Assembly (NCBI GenBank): GCA_964510915.1
Contig: CAZEDA010000002.1
Location: 1-44,401, forward strand
Length of the DNA stretch: 44,401 nucleotides
Source: an uncultured Rhodocyclaceae bacterium
Lineage (GTDB): Bacteria > Pseudomonadota > Gammaproteobacteria > Burkholderiales > Ga0077523
Direction: 5' to 3'
Below, piece by piece: positions 25,881 through 33,926 of this stretch. Under the pieces are notes generated by a model that had not been told where the DNA came from, did no database searches, and saw nothing but the letters and a program-made list of their open reading frames with translations. The position numbers and the translations under genes are program-made. How positions within the stretch are numbered: the first letter of the stretch is position 1; every line of letters starts with the position of its first letter.

Positions 25881-26811
25881 TCCCGTACAGGTTGTTCTTG
25901 ATCATCGTGAAGCCCTTGATGAGTTCCGTGATGCCGGCGTCCAGCGACATGGAGGTCCGGAAGCCGGTGGCTTCCAGCTTGGCGTTCGAGACGATGTAGT
26001 TGCGCTGGTCAGGGTCCTTGCCGACGGGGGCGTCGATGAACACGAACTGTGGCAGTTGCTTCTGGATGTGCTCGCACAGTTCCTTCTTCGAGACGTTGGC
26101 ATCGGACAGCCCCACGTTGTAGATCTGGCCCTTCATCTTCTCGAAGTTCGCGAGCCCGTGCTGGAACACGCGGGAGACGTCCCGCACGTGGATGTAGTTG
26201 CGTTTGAAGGCGCTCTCGAACAGCACCACGAAGCGGTCGTGCACCGCGCGATAGGTGAAGTCGTTCACCAGCAGGTCGATGCGCATGCGTGGCGACATGC
26301 CGAACACGGTGGCGAGCCGGAAGCTGATGGCGTTCTCGCGCTGCATCAGTTCCTTCTCGACTTCGACCTTTTCCTTGGCGTAAAGGGAGATCGGTCGCAG
26401 CGGCGACTCTTCCGTGCAGAAGTTGTTCTCGTCGCCGGTGCCGTAGGCGCTGTTGGTGGTCGGCATCAGGATGCGCTGTTCGCGCGAGAGCAGACGCAGC
26501 ATCAGGGAGATCGCGTCGTGATTCGTGGTCGTCGCACCCACCGGGTCCAGCGTGCAGAGCGGTGCGCCGACCAGCGCAGCGAGGGGGATCACCACGTCGG
26601 CCTTCGCGATCAGCGGCGCCATGGTGCTCTCGATGCGGATGTCTCCCTTCACGACGTCGAAGCCGGGGTGGTGGCAGACGTGGTTGAGGCTCGCCTGCTT
26701 GAACATGAAGTTGTCCACCACCGTGACCTTGTGGCCCGCGGCCAGCAGGTCGGGCACCATCGTGGAGCCCAGGTATCCGGCACCGCCCGTGACGAGAATG
26801 TTGTAGGTCAT
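25873..26811 (-). CDS. Extended SDR, NAD-dependent sugar epimerase/4-reductase
   Basis: ILVTGGAGYLGS Rossmann motif and catalytic SLYAKEK (YxxxK). It sits immediately downstream of the nucleotidyltransferase and the 3-dehydratase-like gene. Confidence 0.9.
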   Translation of the reverse strand: MTYNILVTGGAGYLGSTMVPDLLAAGHKVTVVDNFMFKQASLNHVCHHPGFDVVKGDIRIESTMAPLIAKADVVIPLAALVGAPLCTLDPVGATTTNHDAISLMLRLLSREQRILMPTTNSAYGTGDENNFCTEESPLRPISLYAKEKVEVEKELMQRENAISFRLATVFGMSPRMRIDLLVNDFTYRAVHDRFVVLFESAFKRNYIHVRDVSRVFQHGLANFEKMKGQIYNVGLSDANVSKKELCEHIQKQLPQFVFIDAPVGKDPDQRNYIVSNAKLEATGFRTSMSLDAGITELIKGFTMIKNNLYGNV

Positions 26812-26845
26812 GTATGTGTTCCTGTTTGCTGGCTGGGAAAGGGAG

Positions 26846-27550
26846 TCAGTGGGTCAGCACCTGGTCCGCGCGGTGATAGTCCGACGGGATGCCGATGTCG
26901 ATGAAAGCGCCGGCGCACTCGAGTCCGAAGAGCGAATGGCCGCGCGCAAGCGCCGAGGCGAACAGGTCATCCTCCAGGGAGACCTTCTGGCCGGGCGTGA
27001 ACGGCTGGTCGGCGAGCGCTCGAGGATGCACCCGGTACACGCCCCCGTTGGCGAGCCGGCCGATCTGGTCGTCGTTGGACTTCAGCGCCAGCACGCGCCC
27101 GTCGGGGCCGATGCTCATGCCCATGTAGCGGCCCGCCTCGTTGGCGCGAAACAGCGAGAAGCACCAGTCCGCTTCGTGCTCCACGGCGAAGCGCTCGAGT
27201 TGTGCGAGTTCCACAGCGAAGTAGGTGTCGCCGTTCAGGAGGAGAAACGGCGAGTCGCCGCGCAGTCTGGCCGCCGCGAGCAGCACGCCACCGCCCGTCC
27301 CCAAGGGGGTGTCCTCCACGGCGTAGTCGATTCGCGCGTCCCGGTACTTCGAGCCGAAGTGATCCTGGATCACCTCGTGCCGGTATCCGACCGACAGTAC
27401 GAACCGTTCGATGCCCTGGCCGATCCAGTAGTCCATCAGGTGCTCGAGAAAGGGGCGCCCGGCGACGGGAGCCATGGGCTTTGGCAGGTCGGGGACAGCG
27501 CTTCGCAATCTCGTTCCGAGTCCGCCTGCGAGGATCACGGCCGCCTTCAT
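26846..27550 (-). CDS. Sugar-1-phosphate nucleotidyltransferase (HddC/WcbM-like heptose-1-phosphate guanylyltransferase candidate)
   Basis: MKAAVILAGGLGTRLRS...LPKPMAPVAGRPFLEHL...LGTGGG...LLLNGDTYF. The short (234 aa) single-domain form is typical of HddC. Confidence 0.85.
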   Translation of the reverse strand: MKAAVILAGGLGTRLRSAVPDLPKPMAPVAGRPFLEHLMDYWIGQGIERFVLSVGYRHEVIQDHFGSKYRDARIDYAVEDTPLGTGGGVLLAAARLRGDSPFLLLNGDTYFAVELAQLERFAVEHEADWCFSLFRANEAGRYMGMSIGPDGRVLALKSNDDQIGRLANGGVYRVHPRALADQPFTPGQKVSLEDDLFASALARGHSLFGLECAGAFIDIGIPSDYHRADQVLTH

Positions 27551-27556
27551 CGGCTG

Positions 27557-28726
27557 TCAGACGGCGTTCAGGATTCGACAGAGTTCGTCCACCTCGTGGT
27601 CCCGGAGGTCCGGGAAGTTGCCGATGTAGAAGCCGTAGAAGTGGACGTGATCGGTGTTGGGGAAGCGCAGGTGGTGCCCCTCCGGGACGATGCCCTTGAG
27701 ATAGGGCTGGCGGACCTGGTTGCCGCCGCCCGCGCTGCCGCGCCGGAATTCGATCCCCTCGGCGCGCATGCGCTCCATCAGGCGACCCACCAGAACGTCG
27801 TCCGCGTGGCGGAGCACCAGATTGAAGGCGTAATTGCTCGACCCCTCCACCTTGAAGTCCGTCCGGTACTTGGCGCTGTCTATCTGGGCGAGAAAGCGCT
27901 TCAGATTGTGGGTGCGACGTTCGACATTGGCGTCGAGCCGCTTCAGCTGGCTGCGCCCGAGGATCCCGCCGATCTCCGTGTTGCGCATGTTGTACGCGGG
28001 GTAGGCGAAGATGAAGTCGGGATTCAGTTCCGGATTGCCGGCCTGGTACTCGGCGCGCACGGCCGCGTCGTCGGACTCGCGCACCATCCCGTGGGACCGC
28101 AGCATGCGGACCTGCTGATAGACCTGGGGGTCGTTGGTGCACACCATGCCGCCCTCGATGGTGCTCATGTGGTGCGCGTAGTAGTAGGAAAAGTTGGAAA
28201 TCCAGCCGATGCTGCCCAGCCGGCGGCCGCCGTGCGTGGCCCCGTGGGACTCGCAAACGTCCTCGATCAGCGGGATGTCGCGCCGGGCGAGTTCCGCCAC
28301 TAGGTCGTCGGTGAGCCCGTCGAAGCCCTGAACGTGCGTGAGGAACACGGCCCGGGTCTTCGGGGTGATTGCCTCGAGGATGAGCTTCGGGTCCATGGCC
28401 AGCGTCCGCGGGTCGATGTCGACGAACACGGGCTGGAAGCCGTTCTGGAGCACGGAGGCCACGTCCGAGATCCAGGTGAGCGGGGGGACGATGACCTCTC
28501 CGCCCTCGGGATGACGGATCTTGAGCACGGCCATCGTGAGCAGGTTGGCCGAAGCGCCGGAATTGACGAAGACGCTGTACTTGACGCCCAGCCACTGGGA
28601 CCACTCCGCCTCGAATGCTCGGACGTTCGCGCCATGGGTGAGTTTCGGATCGTCCTGGCGCAGATGTTCGATGACGGCGTCCAGGTCCTCGCGCAAGATG
28701 TTGTTGCGCATCAACGGAAATTTCAT
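27557..28726 (-). CDS. DegT/DnrJ/EryC1-family PLP/PMP enzyme, ColD/E1-type nucleotide-sugar 3-dehydratase candidate
   Basis: ATG at 28726 (MKFPLMRNN), 389 aa. Family motifs VNSGASANLL, EDVCESHGA and NFSYYYAHHMSTIEGG are present. The position normally held by the Schiff-base Lys is His, as in ColD (FYSHHIATMEGG). The track ORF extension to 29059 is junk. Confidence 0.85.
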   Translation of the reverse strand: MKFPLMRNNILREDLDAVIEHLRQDDPKLTHGANVRAFEAEWSQWLGVKYSVFVNSGASANLLTMAVLKIRHPEGGEVIVPPLTWISDVASVLQNGFQPVFVDIDPRTLAMDPKLILEAITPKTRAVFLTHVQGFDGLTDDLVAELARRDIPLIEDVCESHGATHGGRRLGSIGWISNFSYYYAHHMSTIEGGMVCTNDPQVYQQVRMLRSHGMVRESDDAAVRAEYQAGNPELNPDFIFAYPAYNMRNTEIGGILGRSQLKRLDANVERRTHNLKRFLAQIDSAKYRTDFKVEGSSNYAFNLVLRHADDVLVGRLMERMRAEGIEFRRGSAGGGNQVRQPYLKGIVPEGHHLRFPNTDHVHFYGFYIGNFPDLRDHEVDELCRILNAV

Positions 28727-28943
28727 GGCGTCCCACTGGGTGAGTTCGGATTGTGTCCCGTGCACGCCTCGTCGGCGGCCCCAAGGCGCCGCGACCGTCC
28801 CTGGTCGTCGCACGGAGGGGTGGTCTCTCTGATACCCCGATGGCTTATTATGGCATCGGGATGGCTCTTCTAGCGACCATGCAGCGGCGACACTGTCTCG
28901 GACGGTGTGCGGGACCGCAATCCGCAACGGGGTGGCCTGCGCC
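28727..28943. promoter_or_regulatory. Divergent promoter region between the two large opposing operons
   Basis: 217-bp gap between divergent start codons. A locally AT-richer patch holds the inverted repeat CCGATG-N11-CATCGG at 28837..28859. Confidence 0.4.
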
Positions 28944-29867
28944 ATGAGCCCCGGCGCAGCGCATGTCGCGGTCGTCGGCGGGTCAAGCCAGGTGGCCCGG
29001 TTCCTCGTTCCGCGCCTTCTGGCCGCAGGCCGGTCGGTCACCGTGTATTCGCGTGGCACGCCGCCCTGGGACTACGGGGTGCCCACCGTTGCGACCGGAC
29101 TCGCCGATCTTCCCCACGTGCTGGGCGCCGCCGGTCAGACCAGCGTGCTCGTCTGGTTGCCACCGCTCCTGCTCCTGCCCGAGGTGCTTTCCGGGCTCGG
29201 CCGAGTCGGCATCCGTCGCCTCATCGCGTTCGGCACCACCGCATCGACCTACAAAGCGCAATCCCCGAGCCCTGAGGACCGCGAGTTTGCCCGCAGGACC
29301 GCCGAGGCCGAGGCGGCACTGGCAGCCGCGGGTCGTGAGAGCGGCATGGCCTGGACCATTCTCCGGCCGACGATGACGTACGGGTGCGGCCACGACGACA
29401 ACGTCACGAACGTGAGTCGCCTGGTGCGGAGGTTCGGCTGCTTTCCGCTGGCGGGCATGGCCCGGGGACTGCGTCAGCCCGTGCATGCTGATGATCTTGC
29501 AGCGGCCTGCGTGGCGGTCCTCGATGCCCAGGTGACCCACGGCAAGGTGTACGACCTGCCGGGCGGCGAGACCCTGTCATACCGGGAGATGGTGGCCCGT
29601 ATCGGCGCGGCGACGGGCAGACGGGCTCTGCTGGTGCCCCTGCCGGTGGTTGCCCTCTCGGTATTGATTGCCGTCCTGCGGCGTTCGCCGCGTTTCCGCG
29701 GACTGTCACCCGACATGGCGCTGCGCATGCAGCAGGACTTGTGTTTCGACAGTGCCGAGGCCCGCCGGGACTTCGGCTATGCCCCCGGGCCTTTCCGTCT
29801 CGACGCCGAGGCGCTGGGCCTCCCCGTCGCCGCCGGTGCGGCCGAACCTCGAGATGCCCATGGCTGA
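28944..29867 (+). CDS. Atypical SDR / NAD(P)H-binding epimerase-dehydratase family protein
   Basis: MSPGAAHVAVVGGSSQVARFLVPRLLAAGRSVTVY (a degenerate glycine motif), then ILRPTMTYG and QPVHADDLAAACV, which are typical of NAD-dependent epimerase-family proteins. An alternative ATG lies at 28905. Confidence 0.7.
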   Translation: MSPGAAHVAVVGGSSQVARFLVPRLLAAGRSVTVYSRGTPPWDYGVPTVATGLADLPHVLGAAGQTSVLVWLPPLLLLPEVLSGLGRVGIRRLIAFGTTASTYKAQSPSPEDREFARRTAEAEAALAAAGRESGMAWTILRPTMTYGCGHDDNVTNVSRLVRRFGCFPLAGMARGLRQPVHADDLAAACVAVLDAQVTHGKVYDLPGGETLSYREMVARIGAATGRRALLVPLPVVALSVLIAVLRRSPRFRGLSPDMALRMQQDLCFDSAEARRDFGYAPGPFRLDAEALGLPVAAGAAEPRDAHG

Positions 29868-30435
29868 CCCCAAACCGCCAATAACCCTAAAGTCCCGTCG
29901 CCGAATCGCCGAAAACCAGGTCTTCGACGTGTACTTCGACCACATCGTCCATGAAGGCGGCGGTGAGGTGCCCACCTATCTCGTGGTGGCGCCGAAGGCG
30001 GTGTCGCAAGACTTGGTGACAGGGGTCAGCGTTCTCCCGGTCATGGGCGGCCGCGTTGGCCTGCTCCGACTGCACCGCCATGCCATCGGGGCGATGACCT
30101 GGGAGGTGCCCCGGGGCTTCGTGGAGGTCGGCGAACCGGCGGCCGTATCGGCCGCGCGCGAGCTGGAGGAAGAGGTCGGGCTGCGCGTTGCGCCGGAAAA
30201 TCTGGCGGACGCCGGATTCATGACGCCGGAGGCGGGGATCATCGCGGCCCGTGTCGCGCTGTTCATCGCCCGCGACTGCGAGCCGGTACGCGCCTTCGCG
30301 GCGGACGAGATGGGACATTCGGCATTCGTGTGGTTCCACCTGGAAGAGGCCTTGACCATGGCAAAGTCATCGGAGATTCAGGATCCGTCCACGCTCCTCC
30401 TCGTCTATCGCCTCGCCATCGATGCGCTGCGTTGA
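29860..30435 (+). CDS. NUDIX hydrolase (nucleotide-sugar pyrophosphatase candidate)
   Basis: Complete Nudix box GFVEVGEPAAVSAARELEEEVGL. The ATG at 29860 overlaps the upstream stop (ATGGCTGA). Confidence 0.85.
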   Translation: MADPKPPITLKSRRRIAENQVFDVYFDHIVHEGGGEVPTYLVVAPKAVSQDLVTGVSVLPVMGGRVGLLRLHRHAIGAMTWEVPRGFVEVGEPAAVSAARELEEEVGLRVAPENLADAGFMTPEAGIIAARVALFIARDCEPVRAFAADEMGHSAFVWFHLEEALTMAKSSEIQDPSTLLLVYRLAIDALR

Positions 30436-30468
30436 ATCTCTCGCAACCTCGACACTGAGAGGCGTTGC

Positions 30469-33321
30469 GTGACGGCTCCCAAGTCGATCCCCCCGGGAGA
30501 GCTCCGCTTCCCCCGGCCGTTCGCGGTCTGGGCAATGGCGTTCGGGTATGCCTTGCTCGCCAGCCTGCTGTTCCAGAAGCTGATCCTTCCGGCGCTCCCG
30601 TCGCTGCATGGTGCCCACGGCCTGCTGAAGAACGACGCGCTGTTCTTCCACGACACGGCGGTCGATCTGGCGAAACAGATTCACGCCTCCGGCTGGGCCG
30701 TGCTCGAACTCTTTTCGTTCTCGGGGCTGTCCGGCAACGTGAAGCTGCTGGCGGCCGTCTACGCCCTGTTCGGCGTCGAGCCGGCCTGGTTCCTCCCGAT
30801 CACCTGCGCTTTGCATGCGCTTGCCGCGGTCCTGCTGTATCGCCTGGGGGCGCTGCTCTGGCCCGGACGGACGGGGCAGCTGGGCGGGCTGATTGCCGCA
30901 GCCCTCTTCACGCTCTCTCCGACGTCGCTCCAGTGGTACGGGCAGAACCACAAGGACGCCTTCGCCATCGCCGGGACCCTGCTGGTGGTGTACGCCTGGC
31001 TGCGGCTGCTGGTGCCGGACTGGGGTGACCGGAAGACCGTTCTGGTCAACGTCCTGCTCGCGTCGGCCGGCGCCGTGCTGGTGCTGTTCGTCCGCTCCTA
31101 CCTGCTGCAGATTCTGCTTGGCGCCATGGTGGCCGGGACGCTGCTCGCATGGGGGGCGGGCCTCGCGTTGAAGCGTCGCAACCCCGAGGAGGCCATGTCG
31201 ATTCCGCGGGCCCTGCTGCCGGTGGTCGTCGTGGCGGCCTTCGTGGCGGCAACGCCGCGCCATCAGGTCATGGAACTCGTACTGGCCGTGGACGACATTT
31301 CCACCACCAGTCACGCCCATTGGGAGTGGGAGGCCACCGACGCGCTTCCCGCGCCGATCGACCAGGCCCTGCGCAAGCTTTCCACCACGCGGGCCCATTT
31401 CGCGTCGAGCGGCCAGACGGCCGGTTCCATCGTCGACGCTGACCGGCTCCCCGCCAACGCGGTCGAAGCCCTTGCCTTCCTGCCCCGGGCGCTCGCCATC
31501 GGCCTGTTCGCGCCGTTTCCGGACACCTGGGTCGAACGTCCCACGGTCGTCCGCCTCATCGGCGCCTTCGAAACGTTGGTCTGGTATGTCATCGCGCCGG
31601 GCATCCTGCTGTTCGCATTGCGCCGTCCCACGGTCAAGCTGTTCGCGTGCTTGGGGTTCGCCGCAATCGCACTTGCCATCATGGGGTACGCGGAACCGGT
31701 GGTCGGCACCCTCTATCGCCTGCGCTTCGGTATCTGGGTCCTGCTCCTGCTGGCCGGAACAGTGGGCTGGGCGCACGCGGCGCTGCGTCTGCTCGACCGG
31801 GTCGATCTTGCCCGCGAAATCCCGTCGGGCCCGACGGCAAATTCCGGCGAAGCCCACGCCCGGGGTGGCATGACGGGCCTCGCCTCCGACGGCGGGATCG
31901 TGCTTCTGCTCTGGGGCTTCAGCCTCATCGGCTTTCTCATCCGCGACCTCGTGCTCGTCGGCACGCAGGGCCTCGATGCCCAGCTGGGCGCATTCTTCGC
32001 GGCGGCGATGGTGCCGATGTTCTTCTTTGCATTCCTGTCCGCGCCGATGGCCGACGCCCTCACCGGACCGTTCCTGGGGGCAGACCACGCAACGCGCCGA
32101 AGGATGATCCGTGCCTCGCTGGGCTGGTCTGCGCTCGTGTTTTTCGTGATCGGTGTCGCGCTGCATCTCTGGGCCGAACCGGTGATGGCCCTCGTGCTGT
32201 CGGGTGCGGATGTGTCGACCGTCCGCGAGTCCGCGCGGATGCTCCGCTGGAGCATTCCCTTTCTCGCGTGTTCCGGGTGGACCGTGATCGGGGCGGCCGT
32301 GCTGAACGCGGGTCGCCGATCCCGGATCGTGGCCGTCGCGCAGTTGTGCGTGCCCATTGTCGCGGTCGCCGCGTTCCTCGTCCTCGGTGATTCCGTGGGC
32401 GTGATGGCTGTCGTCTACGGCATGCTGGCGGGCATGGCAATCAACACCGCCATCGTTTCCTGGGCTGCCACGCGCGCCGGTTATCCGCTGGTGCCATCGC
32501 TCGAAGTCAGGGGCCTGCCGCTGCGGGATGTCCTCGGGCGCTATGCAGCGCTGGGGGCCGCCGCGTTGTTCGCCGCCGGTACGGTGCCGCTCAACTTCGC
32601 ATTCGCCGGGATGCTGGGAGCGGACGCGGTTCCTGCGTGGGCCTTCGCCTCCAAACTCGTGCAGGTCTTCACGACCACGGTCGGCTTCGCCATCGGTGCG
32701 GTGGTGCTCCCCCATCTGGGCAGTCTCGTGGCGGCGCGAAGCCGTGCGCAGCTTCGCGATGACACCGTGTTCCTCCTCGTGATCGGTGCCTGGGTCGCCG
32801 CGCTCTGCGCCCTGGCGGTCGATGCGCTTGCCGAGCCCGTTGCCGTCGCGCTCCTGGCCGGCGACCGGATCTCGGCGGCGCAGGCCTCCCAGCTCGCCGA
32901 CATTCTCCGCATCGGTGCGCTCCAGCTGCCGTTCGTGGTCTCCGGCGCGGTACTGGCCAAGGTCGCCGCCGTCGCCGGCGGCTCGTGGCGGGCTACGATG
33001 GCGGCCGCGGTCGGTTTCGCGGTGAATCTCGGTGCGAATGTCATGCTGGCGCCGATCCTCGGCGTCGAAGGCGTGGCGTTCGCCTCCACCGCAGGCGCTG
33101 GCATGGCGTCGGTGACCATGCTGCTGCTGGCTCGACGGCGTGCGGACCTGGCCTTCCGGGATGTCGTGCTCGTCTGCGGTCTCTGGGGCGGGGTGGCGAT
33201 CCTCGGGGCGGCCGTCACGACACGGAGTCTTGCGGTTGCGCTGCTTTCCGTCGTGGTTCTGGCGATCGTGGGACGCATGCAGTGGGTCGGATTCGCGGGT
33301 CGGGAAGAGGCGGCGCGATGA
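30469..33321 (+). CDS. Fusion protein: N-terminal polytopic membrane domain (GT-C/PMT_2-like?) plus C-terminal MurJ/MviN-family (MOP) flippase domain
   Basis: Single uninterrupted 950-codon frame with a GTG start and GAGAGG upstream. Residues ~1-440 are multi-TM, with an acidic first loop (LLKNDALFFHDTAVDLAKQ). From about residue 465 the MurJ signatures appear: FSLIGFLIRDLVLVGTQGLDAQLGAFFAAAMVP (compare SRVLGFARD...G...DAFF.A...P) and WAFASKLVQVFTTTVGFAIGAVVLPHL (compare YADRL...G.A..T..LP.L). Confidence 0.8.
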   Translation: MTAPKSIPPGELRFPRPFAVWAMAFGYALLASLLFQKLILPALPSLHGAHGLLKNDALFFHDTAVDLAKQIHASGWAVLELFSFSGLSGNVKLLAAVYALFGVEPAWFLPITCALHALAAVLLYRLGALLWPGRTGQLGGLIAAALFTLSPTSLQWYGQNHKDAFAIAGTLLVVYAWLRLLVPDWGDRKTVLVNVLLASAGAVLVLFVRSYLLQILLGAMVAGTLLAWGAGLALKRRNPEEAMSIPRALLPVVVVAAFVAATPRHQVMELVLAVDDISTTSHAHWEWEATDALPAPIDQALRKLSTTRAHFASSGQTAGSIVDADRLPANAVEALAFLPRALAIGLFAPFPDTWVERPTVVRLIGAFETLVWYVIAPGILLFALRRPTVKLFACLGFAAIALAIMGYAEPVVGTLYRLRFGIWVLLLLAGTVGWAHAALRLLDRVDLAREIPSGPTANSGEAHARGGMTGLASDGGIVLLLWGFSLIGFLIRDLVLVGTQGLDAQLGAFFAAAMVPMFFFAFLSAPMADALTGPFLGADHATRRRMIRASLGWSALVFFVIGVALHLWAEPVMALVLSGADVSTVRESARMLRWSIPFLACSGWTVIGAAVLNAGRRSRIVAVAQLCVPIVAVAAFLVLGDSVGVMAVVYGMLAGMAINTAIVSWAATRAGYPLVPSLEVRGLPLRDVLGRYAALGAAALFAAGTVPLNFAFAGMLGADAVPAWAFASKLVQVFTTTVGFAIGAVVLPHLGSLVAARSRAQLRDDTVFLLVIGAWVAALCALAVDALAEPVAVALLAGDRISAAQASQLADILRIGALQLPFVVSGAVLAKVAAVAGGSWRATMAAAVGFAVNLGANVMLAPILGVEGVAFASTAGAGMASVTMLLLARRRADLAFRDVVLVCGLWGGVAILGAAVTTRSLAVALLSVVVLAIVGRMQWVGFAGREEAAR

Positions 33322-33926
33322 GCGTCGCCGCCGACCGCGCAGGTCGCCCTGCGGTCTTCGTCGATCGGGATGGCACCCTCAACGTCGAGAAGAACTACCT
33401 CTACCGGATCGAGGACTGGGAGTGGATTCCCGGTGCCGTAGAGGCCATCCGCCGCCTGAACAGCGCCGGATATGTCGTGGTAGTGGTGACCAACCAGGCC
33501 GGCATCGCCCGCGGGTTCTACGGCGAGTCCGAACTCCAGCGGCTGCATGCCTGGGTCGATGCCGACGCACGAAGGGCGGACGCGAAGATCGACGCCTACT
33601 ACCATTGCCCTCATCATCCGGACCACGGGGCGCGCGAAACGTGCGACTGCCGCAAGCCGGCGCCGGGCATGCTCCTGCGAGCGGCGGCGGACCATGGCAT
33701 CGACCTCAGCCGGTCCTTCATCATCGGGGACCGGGAGTCGGATCTCGAAGCCGGAAGCCGCTGTGGCGCCACCCCGCTCCTGGTCGGCACGGGCCACGGC
33801 GCCCGTACCCGGCGCGAATTCCCGTCCGATGCGCCGTACTTTCCCTCGGTGGTGGAGGCCGTGACGTTCATCCTGGAGACCAGCCCGACCGGCGAACAGC
33901 CCGACAGCGACGGCGTCGCGCGATGA
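33318..33926 (+). CDS. gmhB: D-glycero-D-manno-heptose 1,7-bisphosphate phosphatase (HAD-IIIA)
   Basis: FVDRDGTLN (DxDxT), VVVTNQAGIARG, and the zinc-site pattern YYHCPHHP...CDCRKPAPGM followed by IGDRESD. ATGA overlap with the upstream gene. Confidence 0.9.
   Translation: MSVAADRAGRPAVFVDRDGTLNVEKNYLYRIEDWEWIPGAVEAIRRLNSAGYVVVVVTNQAGIARGFYGESELQRLHAWVDADARRADAKIDAYYHCPHHPDHGARETCDCRKPAPGMLLRAAADHGIDLSRSFIIGDRESDLEAGSRCGATPLLVGTGHGARTRREFPSDAPYFPSVVEAVTFILETSPTGEQPDSDGVAR

Noticed and set aside
28837-28859. Inverted repeat CCGATG-N11-CATCGG in the divergent promoter region, considered as a regulator operator.
   Set aside because: The arms are only 6 bp, so it could arise by chance. I mention it in the feature evidence but do not call it a binding site.
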